DNA of 63,601 nt, filler included, from Chiloscyllium plagiosum (GCF_004010195.1; 6 parts of one record of this genome joined end to end with filler, not necessarily neighbours in it); one strand, 5' to 3'. Shown: positions 48,185 through 62,075, counted from the first letter of the whole stretch. Notes: generated by a model not told the origin, from the letters alone. Numbers and translations: made by a program.

Positions 48185-51100
48185 GTTGAAGGTGTTGGCC
48201 CCCTGTGTTCTCTGTCTATGCCATGATGTTTAGATTGATTCTAATCTAAAAAGTGAGATAACGGAGTTTTACATGAATTCATGCAGTTTTTGAGCTCAGA
48301 GTTCTACATGAATTGTGTGTGTGTGTGTATGTCTGTCTGGATTGGGGGTTGTGAGTGTGAGAAAGTGAATGTGTGTGTGTAGTGAGTGCAGAGTGTCTTA
48401 CGTCTGTGAGGAGGTGCATGTGGGAGTGTGTGTGTCTGTGTACATGTGTGTCCGTGTGTTTGTGTGTATAGGAGTGCCTATGTGTGTGTGTGTGTGTAGG
48501 AGTATCTGTGTGTGTGTGTATAGTGCAATGGTGGTCACCTGTAATGTGACATGAACCCAAGGTCCCGGCTAAGGCCCTCCCTATGGGGACATTAGCTATC
48601 AGCTTCTGCTGGGCCACTTTTCTCTGCTGCCTGTCCCAAAGTCCACCTTGGAGAATGGTCACCTGAAGGTCCGAGGCTGAATGTCCTGGACCACTGAAGT
48701 GTTCCCCAACTGGGACGGAATACTCCTGTCTGTTGATTGTTGTGCGGTGCCCATGCATCTGTTGTCGTAGCCTTTGCTCAGTTTCTCCAATGTACCATGC
48801 CTCCGGGCATCCTTGCCTGCAACGTATAAGATTGACAACGTTGGCTGAGTCACATGAGTATCTGCCATGTAAAAGGTGGGAAGTGTCCCCACGCATAATG
48901 GTGGTATCTATGTCCACACTCTGACATGTCTTGCAGCACCTACCATGACAGCGTTGTATGGAGTTGTCCTGAGAGCCGGGCAGTTTGCTACAAACAACAA
49001 ACTATTTGAGGTTTGGCGATTGTTTAAAGGCAAGTAGTGGAGGTGTGGGGAAGGTCTTGGTGAGGTGCTCATCCTCCTTGCTAATGTGTTGCAGGTCACG
49101 AAGAACATGGCGTAATTTTTCAGCTCCTGGGAAATACTGGACAACAAAGGGTACCCTGTCGGTTGCAGCACGTGTCTGTCTCCTGAGGAGGTCATTACGG
49201 TTCCTTGCTGTGGCACGTCGGAACTGGCGGTCGATGAATTGGGCATTGTACCGCATTCTTGTGAGGGCATCCCTGAGTACTTCCAGGTGTCCGTCACGTT
49301 TCTCCTCATCTGAGCAGATTCGGTGTATGCGTAAGGCTTGTCCATAGGGGATGGCTGTTTTAATATGTTTTGGGTGGAAGCTGGAGAAGTGTTGCATTGT
49401 GAGGTTATCTGTGGGTTTGCGGTAGAGTGTTGTGCTGGGGTGTCCATCCTTGATGGAGACACATGTGTCCAAGAATGAGACAGATAGTCGAGAGTAGTCC
49501 ATGGTGAGTTTGATGGTGGGATGAAACTTGTTGATGTCACTGTGTAGTTTTGCCAGTGACTCCTCGCCATGGGTCCAGAGGAAGAAAAGGTTGTCAATGT
49601 ACCTGGTGTACAATGTTGGTTGGAGATCCTGCATTGAGAAGAAGTCTTGTTTGAACCTGTGCATAAAAATGTTGGCATATTGGGGTGCAAAGTTGGTCCC
49701 CATGGCTATTCCGTGTCTGGATGAAGAACTGGTTGTCAAAGGTGAAGACGTTGTGATCAAGGATAAAGCGGATGAGTTGTAGGATGGTGTTTGGAGATTG
49801 GCAGTTGTTGGTATTGAGTACTGAGGCTGTTGCCACGATGCTGTCATTGTGGGGAATGCTGGTGCAGAGTGCAAAAACGTCCATTGTGACGAGAATGTTC
49901 CTGGTTCGACTGGTCCGTGGGTGCTGAGTTTCTGTAAGAAATCCGTAGTGTCGTGACAGAAGCTGGAGATCCCCTGTACAATAGGTTTCAAGATGCCTTC
50001 AACATAGCCGGAGAGATTCTTACATAGGGTCCCATTGCCTGACATGATGGGACGTCCTAGTCTGTTGGCTTTGTGTACCTTTGGAAGGCAGTAGAAGTTG
50101 CCTACACGAGAAGTACGTGGGATGAGGGCATGTAGGGAACTCTGAAGGACTGGATCCAAAGTTCTGATCAGTGTGTTTAATTCACGGGTGTGTTCTTTGG
50201 TCGGATCAGCTGGTAGTTGCCTGTAGTGTTCCTGGTTGTTCAGTTGTCAGTACACTTCCTTGCAGTAATCTGTTCTATTCCGAATGACAATTCCTCCTCC
50301 TTTATCTGCTGGTTTGATGACAATGTTGTGATTGGTTTTGAGAGCCTGGATGGCATTGCATTGTGAATAGGTGAGTTTTGCTCTACCTTGTGGGTACGGC
50401 TGATGAATCTGGCATTTATATATTTCCTGACGGTTTGAACATATATGTCAAGCCCAAGGCAGCGGCCCTCCGGTAGGGTCCTAGTTGACACCTTCTTTGG
50501 TCGCTCTACAGATCCCTGTGATGACTGTTCCAATTCATCAGTGGGCTCATTGGGATCACTGCTGGCACCTTGAAAGAATTCCTGGATTCTCATTCATCTG
50601 ATGAACTCTTCTGTGTCTGCTGCCAGAACCAACGGGTCCATTTTGGCGGTGGGGCAAAAGTTGCGACCCCTACTCAGGACTTCAATCTCTTCCGGTCAAA
50701 GGGTGTGGTCTGATAAGTTGATAATAGATTTCCCCGCAGTGATAATGTTGTCTACTGTGATTCCAGGGTGGGCTTTGCTATTACTGGTGAGAATGCCAAG
50801 TTTCTCCAGTTTTTTCTTACAGACACACACACTCCCACACCCACACATGCACCCCCTCACAGACTTATGACACTCTGCACTCACTACACACACACATACA
50901 CTTTCTCACACTCACAACCCCCAAACGAGACAGACAGACAGACACACACACACACATACACACAAACATACAGACAAAGACCCACATTCACACATATATT
51001 TTGTGGGGTGAATTTGTACTTGCAGAGTTACATTGTACTTTGCTCAAAAACTGCATGAATTTATGTAAAACTCCGTTATCTCACTTTTTAGATTAGAATC

Positions 51101-51403
51101 AATCTAAACATCATGGCATAGACAGAGAACACAGGGGGCCAACACCTTCAACATTTTGTCTCGCTATCACCATTGTTAACAGCTAACCTGAGAATGCAAC
51201 TTGTTAAAAAAAGGTTTTGTGATCTATGCATGAAAGAAGTGAAACTATCACTGTGTTCTAACAGATGAAAGGCTTAACAGACAATCAATTTTTCAATGTA
51301 TAATTTCAGTTACATCACATTGTAAATTTTTGCTATAAATTCTGTGTGTTAGGATTGAGCCCTCCACTACCACCTGATGAAGGAGCGACGCTCTGAAAGC
51401 TAG
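48185..51403 (-). mobile_element. Long Penelope-like element (RT + GIY-YIG ORF, frameshifted) with inverted pLTR at 50820-51403
   Basis: FYCLPKVHK, GRPIMS, GIAMGTNFAPQYANIFM, RYIDN, AIPYGQALR and WYIGET motifs; 48185-48296 is the reverse complement of 51042-51151. Confidence 0.93.
51371..51403 (+). ncRNA. Minimal hammerhead ribozyme motif in pLTR
   Basis: CAC-CUGAUGA-AGGAGC(gac)GCUCU-GAAA-GC-UA-G; truncated right after the cleavage site. Confidence 0.6.
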
Positions 51404-51814
51404 AATGTCTTTATAGATTGCTAGGTGCTAGTATTAACTCACAGTGAGAAATCAAGGGAGTTAGTTGTTGAATTGTTGAATAGCACAACAAAGTAGGAAA
51501 TCCCTCAAGGACGTTTCCTAATTTGTTGCAGGATTTTAGCCTCCAGATTTCAATTCCAAGATATCAATCAAGGTGAAATTTTCAAAATCATGGAGATAGA
51601 GCAGAAAAATGGGATTGACTTGACTGTTCTACAGAAAGCCACATGAGTGTAACTAACTCCAAAGGATTTTAACAGTCCACTTGTTCAGTTCTTTGGTGAA
51701 GTTTAAATCAATGTTACCCTGACATGACCTCTGTGCTCACTGTTATATTACCTCCCAGTTTAGTCATTTGAAATCCTTATTTTACATTTGAAGAGTAATA
51801 TATGACTTAAAACC

Positions 51815-53750
51815 TGGATAGAGTGGACATGGAGAGACTAGGACCTGAGGGCACTGAGTGAAGGGATGACCTTCTAGAACTGAGATGAGGGGGAATATTT
51901 TCAGCCAGAAGATGGTAAATCTATGGAACTCATTACCACAGAAGGCTGTGGAGGCCAAGTCACTGAGTTTGTTTAAGCCGGAGATAGATAGGTTCTTGAT
52001 TAGTAAGTGAATCAAAGATTACAGGGAGAAGGCAGGAGAATGGGGTTGAGTAACATATCGGCCATGATTGAATGGTGGAGCAAACTCAATGGGCTGAATG
52101 GCCTAATTCTGCTGCTAGATCTGATGGTTTTCACAGTGAAAGACACCAGTAGTATATCAGAACTTCAAAAGAGTCAGGAGACAGAGGTGGGTGCAGTGGC
52201 CATCACTAAGGAGTAGGTGCTGGGGAAGCTGAAAGTTCTGAGGGTGGCTAAGTCATCTGAACTGAATGAACTACACCCCAGAGTTCTGAAGAAGATAGCT
52301 AAAGAGATTGTGGAGGTATTGGTGCTGATCTCTCAAGAATCACTGGAGTCAGGGAGAGTCCCAGAGGACTGGAAAATGGCCAATGTGTTTAAGAAGGGAG
52401 AGGAGCAGAAGATGGAAAATTATAGGCCAGTTAGCCTGACCTCAGTTGTTGGTAAGATTTTCATTATTTAGGATGAGATTGTGGAGTACTCGGAAGTGCA
52501 TGGTAAAATAGGGCTGAGTCAACATGGCTTTGTCAAGGGAGGTCATGCTTGACAAATCTGGTGGAATTCTTTGAGGAGGTAATGATCATGTGAAGCAAGG
52601 AGAGCCAACGGATCTATTTGGATTTCCAGAAGGCCTTTGACAAGGTGCTGTATAGGAGGCTGCTTAATAAGATAAGAGCCCATGGTGTTAGGGGCAAGGC
52701 ATTGGCATGGATAGAGAATTGGCTGACTGGTAGAAGGCAGAGAGTGGGGTTAAAGGGATCTTTGTTTCGGATGGCAGCTGGTGACTTGTGGAGTTCCACA
52801 GCGATTAGTGTTGGGAACACAATTATTCACATTCTACATTAACAATCTGGACAAAGGAATTAAGAGCATGTTGAAAAGTTTGCAAATGACACAAAGATAG
52901 ATAGAGGGGCAAATAGTGTGAAAGAAGTGGGGAGGCTGCAGAAGGACTTGGATAGGCTAGGAAGTGGCACTTGGAATACAATGTGGGAAAGTGTCAGGTA
53001 GGAAGGATAGAGGCATAGACTATTTTCTAAATGGGAAAGGCTTCAGAACGCAGAAGCACAAAAGGACTTGAGAGTTCTAGTTTAGAATTCTCTGAAGGTT
53101 AAAATATAAATTCAGTTGGCAGTTACGAAGGCAAATGTATTCTAGCCCTCTCAAAATGAGTGCTGACATTACAAGAGCAGAAATGTACTGAGGTTGTATT
53201 AGGCTTTGGTCAGATTGCATTTGGAATATTGTGAGTAGTTTTGGGCCCAATATCTAAGGATAGATGTGATGGCCTTGAGGGGTCCAGAGGAAGTTTACAT
53301 TGTAATCCTGGGGTGAAGGCCTTATATGGGGAGTGGTTGAGGATTCTGGGTTTGTTCTTGATGGAGATTGAAATAATGAGGGGAGATCTCATTATAAGTT
53401 ACAGAATACTGAAAGGCTGGATGGAGTGGATGTGGAGAAGATATTTCCACTGGAACTGGAGGAAACCACCTCCAAGTGAAGGAATGACCCTTTAGAACTG
53501 AGATGAAGAGGAATTTATTCAGACAGAGCATTGTTAATCTATGGAATTCATTGCCACAGAGGGCTGTGAAGGGCAAGTCATTGAGTGTAGACGCTATGAC
53601 AGGGATAGATAGATTCTTCTTAAGAGGATCAAAGGTTGTGGGTAGAAAGTAGGAGAACAATATTGAGAAACATAAGAGCCATGATTGAATGTTGGACCAG
53701 ACTCAGTGGGCCAAATGGCCTAATCTCCTCCTATGTCTCATGGTCTTAAA
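51815..53750 (+). mobile_element. Two adjacent decayed CR1 copies (3' end 51815-52125; ORF2 RT to 3' end 52130-53750)
   Basis: VPEDWKMANV, NYRPVSLTS and DFQKAFDKV motifs; CR1 tails. Confidence 0.85.
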
Positions 53751-55401
53751 ACATCAAATCTGTTTCTCTTTCCAGACCTGCCGGGTAATTCCAGCATTTT
53801 CCATTGTTTTTTCAAATTTCCAGCATTTATAGTAATTTGCTTTTATTAAAATTGCAAATTGCCCCATTGCCTAACCATTCCTTAGCCCAGTCAGCTTTTC
53901 ATTAATAGTTGTACAGAAAATTGTATAAACACACAAGAATGAGGCAATTGTGAGAAGTAGGAGTGTGACAAACATCAATTAAATCAAACTCGAGCAAGGA
54001 ATCAATGCCATCTGGAGATCAGGAGTGAGTACAAAACTGGCCCAGATAAATCATAAATCCAGAGACTAGTACTGCACAGAAGGATCCTTTCAGGCCATCA
54101 ACTGATGGGTGAGAAAACAGAAAACATTTGCCTGGCCTTGGTACTTCAACCACTGTCAATTCGTTCTAAACTGTAGAACGATGGCAGTGCAATTTAAGGT
54201 TTGATGGAGTATTTGAAGTGAGGTCAAGTAATGTTAAGTGAAAACCCATCAAGTATTACTTAAAGTGGTGTTGCAGAACGGATGGAAAATGATTACTCTG
54301 AGCTCTGCATCTGAATGATAACCAGCACAGACAGTGGTGTGATCACGAACAGTCCTCTGTTGCTTTCTCACAAGACCTAGCTGAATATTAACAGGTTCAG
54401 GAGTGTCCATTAACATTTCTCCTGTTCTATCCAAAGAACTGCTGTCATTGCATAAATGGTTCAAAGGTTATAGTACAAATACTGTTCAATGACTGTCAGT
54501 TAACATGAACAGCAGACCTTGTGTGGGAAGAAGAGGTGAATAAAACTGCAAGTAAAAAAATCAGCTGCTATTTTGGTTTGGAATGGTGATAATATTAGGC
54601 CTTGTGCAAAGTTTGCTTTTACTATATATCAAATTAATATAATAATGAGTACAAATAAACATTAGCATCAAAATTACAATGATCTTGAGTCAATTGAGAT
54701 CATATTTTCTCCTGTAAAAGAAAAGTGTGAAAACCACGTTGAGGGAGAGTCTGAATGTTCTGTTTCTATCCCTGCAGCATGCAATCTCCAAGTACACCAA
54801 TAACTTTGTTAGAAATGTTCACATAATCATGGTCAACCATGATTAAGTTACTCATAATTTTTCTTGTCAAGCAGTTTGAATGTTAGAATTAATAAAGAGA
54901 AAGGCACAACAGAATATCAGAACGTAAGTGCCAACAAATAATTATTTGGATCTTTTCATGTCTAAAAAATGTTCAAAAGGGGTGTGACATAGAGTGTAAT
55001 GATGTGTTTGAGGGAAAGAGAGAGGGGATGGCCACATAATCAATTGAACTTGTATCAATTCCTGTGATAAAGAAATGCAGTATTAAAAATTCATTCACAG
55101 GATCAAAGTGTCACTGATATTAATTGCCAACAGAAATGCCCTTGTGAAGATTCAACAAATCGTGAATTTGAAGGTGAGGAGCTAAGAAAGAGTTTAAGGA
55201 TAAATTTGGTAGGTCATAGAAAGAGAAATTAACGGTGCTCTCCAGGATGATCCTGGAATAGTGGTCAGTTTTAGAAAATCAGAATGAGGTCTCAATGCAT
55301 AAAGCAGTTAGATCTGATAATGGATGGTGAAGTCAGAGGTGCACCATGTCATGCCTCACTGGGGGAGAGCATCAGAAATCAAATCCCACTATTCCTGGAG
55401 T

Positions 55402-56300
55402 TGTCACAGAAGTTAAAGATTTTATAGAAGTAAGCAAAATTTCTCAAATTTACCCATCTTTCTACGCATAGGTTACAGAAAGCAGGGACCAGATTACTGT
55501 ATTTAAGACCGACTAATTATTACAAATAATTGACTTTAGATACAGGAAAACAATTATGAATCATTGACATATAGCTCTACTCGTTAAAATGTGAACCTCA
55601 CTTATAAAACTTTCTCACACATGCATACATACAGACAACAAAACATTGATGTGAGGGTGAAGGAAAAACTGGGAAGGTAGCTCAATAGTTCCTGTGCACA
55701 GGGTTCATTGAGACGATCCTTTGGTTTGTCAGGACTTCCTGCTCCTTGATCTCTCTTCTTCAGGTACTTTCACTGGTTTGCAGTAATCACAGAGCAACTG
55801 GTCCACAACTTAAAAGTTTATGATGTATTGGTTAAAAGCAACAGATTACTGCAACTGGTGAGGGAAAATAAACTGAGTTCTTCATGCTCTTGGTATTTTT
55901 TACTGCAGAGAGAAAGAAGCACCTCACTTTCCAGTAGTCTGAATGCTTCTGACACGACTATTCACATCCACAAACTATTCAAATATCTGGGAGCCAATCA
56001 CATAATTGTTGGCATGTAGAAGGCCTTTGTCATCATAACTGACATCATTTCACAGACCAATCAGCTACCTTTTGCTTCCTGGATTGCATCTTGTACACAC
56101 CCCTTGGCGCCAGTTCATCTGCAACTAAATATCTGTTAATGACTGAACAAAAAAGTGTAAACTGCATTTACAATAAGTATTGGCAGCCCGCTTTTAAATA
56201 GCACCACACTCCCTTCCACATTCCACTATTTTTAAATCAGCCTTCTTCCCATTTCAGTCTACAGTCAAAAATAGAAAGTTTAAAGGACACAGTTACTACA
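55402..56300. mobile_element. Possible solo LTR
   Basis: TGT...ACA termini and LTR-like composition, but no matching TSD seen. Confidence 0.3.
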
Positions 56301-56774
56301 AATTGATATGGCTTAAATCTGTATCTCTCATACCAAAGGCATGAAGAAACTCAGTTTATTTTCACTCACCAATTGTGGTAAGCTGTCACCTTTAATCAAT
56401 ATGTCAGACGCTTTAAGTTGTGGACCAGTTGCTCTATGTAAGAATAAAGACATTGTCCATGCAAATGGAGAACAACAGAGATGGGAGAGACTTGCAGGTT
56501 TGTGAAATAAGGATATTAAAGCTGAGTTGAGAGTTGGTTGAGCAAATTGATGATAAATATGGTTAACAATTAAACTTGTGCATGATTGGAACGGGTAGTG
56601 TGGAACAGATAACAAGGCCTGTCCAGACATGAATAGATCACAAAATGCAAGCGTTGGTAGTGTAGATGGAGAGAGGGAACTTGGAAGGTATACATTTTTG
56701 AGGAAGAGTGCAAAGCTGGTAGTTCTGCCACACTTTTCTCTTTCTGTAGCATGGGATCATTCACTGACTCTGCA

Positions 56775-57236
56775 CACGCTTCAGGCTCTCTGCCTTTATT
56801 CCTGATGAAGGGCTTTTGCCCGAAACGTCGATTTTGCTGAAGCTCCTCGATGCTGCCTGAATTGCTCTTCCAGCACCATTGATCCAGAATCTGGTTTCCA
56901 GCATCTGCAGTCATTGTTTTTACCTTGTTGATTTTAACCCTACTGCGAATCCTCTTGCAAGGATGCCTGCCTTGAAGAAGTTTTCCTCCTCTCTCTACAA
57001 GAATCTCAGGGAGTCCCTCTCCCACTGCAACTCCCAGGTCATTTCCTCTGCCCTGAAGCTCACTGTCCCCTTGACCTGTCCGGACTTGTCCGACCTGCCT
57101 AGCTCCTTTTCCACCTATCCACTCCACCCTCTCCTCCCTGACCTATCACCTTCATCTCCTCCCCCACTCACCCATTGTACTCTATGCTACTCTCTCCCCA
57201 GCCCCACCCTCCCCTAGCTTATCTCTCCACGCTTCA
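56775..57236 (+). mobile_element. PLE pLTR / 5' ORF fragments with intact hammerhead
   Basis: Tail, then NPLARMPALKKFSSSLYK, then a second partial pLTR copy (tandem arrangement). Confidence 0.75.
56802..56829 (+). ncRNA. Minimal hammerhead ribozyme core
   Basis: CUGAUGA-AGGGC(uuuu)GCCC-GAAA-CG-UC. Confidence 0.75.
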
Positions 57237-57336
57237 NNNNNNNNNNNNNNNNNNNNNNNNNNNNNNNNNNNNNNNNNNNNTTAATTAATTAANNNNNNNN
57301 NNNNNNNNNNNNNNNNNNNNNNNNNNNNNNNNNNNN
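57237..57336. other. Assembly gap linker
   Basis: N44-TTAATTAATTAA-N44. Confidence 0.98.
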
Positions 57337-57680
57337 AGGAATTTGACTAACACAAGGAGGGGTCTCATTCAAATCCCTCGAACTCAGCACCACCTTCCTG
57401 ACCTGCAATCTTCTTCCTGACCTCTCCGCCCCCCCCCCAGTCTGACCTATCACCCTCACTTTGACCTCTTTCCACCTATACATTTCCGACGCCCCTCCCC
57501 CAAGTCCCTCCTCCCCACCTTTTATCTTAGCCTGCTGGACAAACTTTCCTCATTCCTGAAGAAGGGCTTATGCCCGAAACGTCGATTCTCCTGTTCCCTG
57601 GATGCTGCCTGACCTGCTGCGCTTTTCCAGCAACACATTTTCAGCTCTGATCTCCAGCATCTGCAGACCTCACTTTCTCC
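57337..57680 (+). mobile_element. PLE pLTR tail
   Basis: Same family tail as 10640-10760. Confidence 0.8.
57556..57583 (+). ncRNA. Minimal hammerhead ribozyme core
   Basis: CUGAAGA-AGGGC(uuau)GCCC-GAAA-CG-UC. Confidence 0.72.
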
Positions 57681-57894
57681 TGTTTCCTTTTTTGTCTGGC
57701 TTGCAACAGCCAAGATAGTAGACAGCAATTACCTGCAATACAGGGGTGGCAGAGTTTCTTCGATTGTGAATGTCACAATATTAACATTCAAACACAGGTC
57801 GGTACAACCACAACATTCAGTTCCACTAGTGCATTCCAGCAGAGCCAAAACTGGATTTTTATCCACTATCTCTCTGCTTTTAAAAAAAAAAATT

Positions 57895-58510
57895 AATCCA
57901 TGGGATGTGAGCATTACTGGCTGGGCCAGCATTTATTGCTATCCCTTGTTGCCTTTGAGAGATTGGTAATGACTGCCTTCTTGAATTACTGCAATCCATT
58001 TGGCATAGGTACACCCAAAATGCTGATGTAGACACATTATTTATATGGATAAACGAGTTGAGTTTCTGGATGTTGATATTGGGGGATTTGGCAATGGTAA
58101 TGCCATTGAATGTCAGGAGTGATGGTTGGAAGCTCTCTGTTGGAATTGGTCATGGTGTGGTATAAACATTACTTGCCACTTGTCAGCCCAAACTGTGATT
58201 TGTCCAGGTCTTGTTTCATATGGTCATGGATTGCTTCAGTATGTGAGGAGTCATGAATGGCACTGAATATTGTTCAATGATAAGTGAACATCTCCACTTC
58301 TGACCTTACAATGGAGGGAAAGCCATTAATGAAGCAGCTGAAGATGGTTGGGCCCAGGCCATTACCTTGAAGTCCTGCAGAGATGTACTGGAGTTGAGGT
58401 GATTGACCTCCAACAACCACAACTATAGTCTCCCGATTTCCACTGATTCTGGTTTTGCTACAGTTCCTTGATGCAACTTGGTCAAGTGCACCCTTAAGGG
58501 CAATCACTCT
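57895..58510 (-). mobile_element. L2-like LINE 3' fragment
   Basis: AGLQGNGLGPTIFSCFIN (RT motif remnant) and family tail. Confidence 0.65.
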
Positions 58511-59444
58511 TACCTGTGTTACTCTTCTTCAAAAAGAACAACCAAAATGTGACTACAGTTTGGGACTTAATCTGAAGGGAATAGTTTTCTGTTCAGCAGG
58601 AGCCTCTCATTATGCTGTAGTCATAAAATCTCACTCTAATCTGTTTTTGACTTCCTTCTTTCCCCCATCTTGAAGTTTCCTTTGCATCCCTAAGTGTGAC
58701 ATTTCATGGGTCTGTCTTGGGAGATAGCCACTTATGGCTGATTCTGCCCCAGCTTTTTGAATTACAAGTTAAACAGGCCCACATTACTTCAGGGTTCCAG
58801 GGTCATCACTGTTGTAACACTTACCAGCCAGATGAATGAAATAAAATCCTTTCTCAAGTTATTACCGAGTTGGAAAAAGAATTAAGTTTAAAACGACAAA
58901 TACACATATATGCCTACACTTAATCTCTTAGCCTTGGTTAATATTGTCTTTTCAGTTATAGCCAGGTCTTTTGAGGCTTTAGGCAGGGTGTCTGCAATCA
59001 TATTTTATTTCTTGAAATGCAGGTTATTTTCCCCTGGTATAGCTGAAGTAGTAAACTCTTAACAGAATAAACTGCCGATCTGGGTCTTAACTTTTGTGGA
59101 AAGCTTAACTGGTTAGTACAGAGGTAGGACCATTCTAGACTGTCTTTGTGTCTACTGTAACCATACATTTGAGAGCCAGTTTGGAACTTTTCACCCCATA
59201 TTATCTTTGCATTCCCCTGTAGTGGGTCTGTCAGTAGCACAGCTACCGTACTTAAGTTTGGGATAAACCATCAGTAAAAGTTCACACATTCCTGAGATCC
59301 TTATGATTTCCTATTTTGCAGAAATGGGAACTCAGTGCTGCTTTTACCTTTGCAGCTCTGAGCAGTACTGGCCCTTGACCCACCACGTCTCGGAATGATT
59401 ACTTGGACCTTAGCAAATTTATCTTTTGCAAGATTGACTGCTCG

Positions 59445-59537
59445 GAGGAAGTGGGGACTGCAGATGCTGGAGATCAGAGTCCAAGAGTGTGGTGCTGGAA
59501 AAGCACAGCCGGTCAGGCGGTATCTGAGGAGGGGGGG

Positions 59538-59579
<42 letters not shown>

Positions 59580-60125
59580 GGAGAGAAGGTAGCTGGGAAT
59601 TCAACAGGTAGATGAAGGTGGGAGTGAAGGTGATAGATCGGAGAGGAGGGTGGAGCGGATAGGTGGAAAGGAAGATGGACAGGTAGGACCATTCTAGAGG
59701 GTGATGCCAAGTTGGAAGGTTGGATCTGGGATAAGATGAGAGGAGGGGAAATGAGGAAACTGGTGAAATCCACGTTGGTCCCGTATGGTTGTAGGGTCCC
59801 AAGGTGGAAGATGAGGCGTTTTTCTTCCAGAGGTCGGGTGGCTTGAGTTTGGCTGGAGAGGAGGCCCAGGACTTGCATGTCCTGGTGGAGTGGGAGGGAC
59901 AGTGAAAGTGTTCAGCCACAAGGCAGTGAAGTTGTTTTGTGCATGTCCCCCAGAGATGTTCGCAAGTTGGCATCCTGCCTCCCCAATGTAGAGGAGACCA
60001 CATGGAGAGCAACAGACACAGTAGATGACTTATGTGGAAGTATGCCTCATCTTCCACCTTTGGGACCCTCCAACCATGGGATCAATATGGATTTCACCAG
60101 TTTCCTCATTTCCCCTCCCCCACCT
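59445..60125 (-). mobile_element. Penelope 3' fragment with short inverted 5' piece; contains a poly-G run (~59528-59580)
   Basis: MQVLGLL...LEEKRLIFHLGTLQP motif; 60045-60120 inverted. Confidence 0.82.
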
Positions 60126-60164
60126 AGCCCAGGAAGCGCTGTATTATTGGAAGCGTTGATATTT

Positions 60165-60415
60165 GGATAAGATGTTAAAGAGAGGTCTGGTTGGTTCTTT
60201 GAAGTGGACATGAAACATTTCAGGGCAGTATTTTGGTGTCTATGCCAATACTCATCTTTAAACTGACATGATTAAAAATAGGTTATCAGGTCATTTACTC
60301 ATTGCTGTTTGTGAAACTGTGTCATGTGAAAGGCCCACACTTTGAAAGCAGCTCATTGGCTACAAAATGCTTTGAGATATGTGGTTGTGACAGGCACAAT
60401 ATAAGTAATTTCATT
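60165..60415 (+). mobile_element. Decayed Deu-domain SINE
   Basis: TTATCAGGTCATTTACTCATTGCTGTTTGTG core and tail. Confidence 0.55.
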
Positions 60416-60949
60416 TTTCTGCAGTGTATCAATATTGGGACATGATTTTTCTGTGGTTAGTTAGCATTAATGTGGTGCTGCAGCTTCATTCTCAGGTTTC
60501 ATGGTGTTGTCGGAACCTGTCTGCATTCTGCAGTTTATGACATGTTCCAGACCTATCCTGCTATTATGCTACATATAAACCATCCCTGACCCTTGATGCG
60601 TTACAACTTGTCATACACTGTTCATGCTCAGCTCCTTTAAGTATAATCACCGTACATAATGGTGTGTATTCACAACATTTCTTATGCCTGCTGTCCCTGT
60701 AATAAATACGTGGAATCATCATGATATACTTTCCTGAAGTTGCCTCCCACCAAAAGTGTCTGAGCATTTATTTAGTAGGTCAGTGTGCTCAAGTGATAAT
60801 GGGTCAAACGTGTTTTTAAAAAAAGTCAGTTGTTGTGAGGCTATTAATTGGAAGAGAAAAGTATTTTCCAGTTACATTCACATCTCTAGAATTGATATGA
60901 AAAGCTTACTCTGTGCATAACTTAACTTTCTCACTCATTTATGGAATGA

Positions 60950-62075
60950 TAGAGTCACATAGATGTACAGCATGGAAACAGACCCTTCAGTCCAACTCCT
61001 CCATGCTGACCAGATATCCCAATCTAATCTAGTCCCATCTGCAAGCACCTGGTCCCATATCCTTCCAAACCCTTCCTATTCATATACCCATCCAGATGCC
61101 TTTTACATGTTGCAATTGTACCAGCCTCCACCACATCCTCTGGCAGCTCATTCCATACACATACTTCCTTCTGCATGAAAAACTTGCCCCTTAGGTCTCT
61201 TTTACATCTTTCCCCTCTCACCCTAAACCTATGCCCTCTAGTTCTGGACTCCCTGACCCCAGGGAAAAGACTGTCTATTTACCCTATCCATGCCCCTAGT
61301 GATTTTATAAACCTCTATAAGGTCACCCCTCAGCCTCCAATGCTCCAAGGAAAACAACCCCAGCCTGTTTAACCTCTCCCTATAGCTCAAATCCTCCAAC
61401 CTTGGCAACATCCTTGTAAATCCTTTCTGAACCCGTTCAGGTTTCACAACATTTTTCCGATAGGAAGGAGACCAGAATTGCACGCAATATTCCATCAGTG
61501 GCCTAACCAATGTCCTGTACTCAATACTCTGACCAATAAATGACAGCATACTAAACACCTTCTTCACTATCCTATCTACCTGCGACTCCACTTTCAAGGA
61601 GCTACGAACCTGCACCCCAAGGTCTCTTTGTTCAGCAACACTCCCTAGGATCTTACCTATATCAACTTTTTTTCCACTATATATAACCTAGTTCAAATAT
61701 GTAAAATCATCAGTGTTTGTTCAGACTGATCTGTGAGGCCCTATAGATTGTTTGCAATGATTTATGAAAATATTTTATGACTTTTTTTTTTCAGTAGAAT
61801 TAGAGTCATCGAGTTGTACAGCATGGAAACAGACCCTTTGGTCCAACCAGTCCAGATTTCCTAAATTATTTGCCAGTATTTGGCCCACATGCCTGTAAAT
61901 CCTGAATACCCATCCAAAAGCATTTTAAATGTTATTGTACCAGCCTCCACTGCCTCCTCTGGCAGCTCATTCCATACATGCTCACCCTCTGCATGAAACG
62001 TTGACTCTTAGGTCCTCTTTGAACCTTTCCCCTCTCACCTGAAATCTACGCCCTCTAGTTTTAGACTCTCCCCTA
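60950..62075 (-). mobile_element. Two CR1/HER1 3' fragments (60950-61660; 61795-62075)
   Basis: EYCVQFWSP, RLRGDLIEVYK and WNELPE motifs. Confidence 0.88.

Noticed and set aside
49002..50159. Intact or domesticated RT gene (385-aa ORF)
   Set aside because: Internal compensating frameshifts and YIDD>YIDN; a dead Penelope copy.
53760..55400. Exons of an upstream neighbouring gene
   Set aside because: No open frame with paired splice sites or recognisable protein could be supported.
59528..59580. Poly-G / poly-Pro ORF or G-quadruplex element
   Set aside because: Lies where the PLE tail is interrupted; long G runs are often sequencing artefacts or expansions of the G-rich pLTR.
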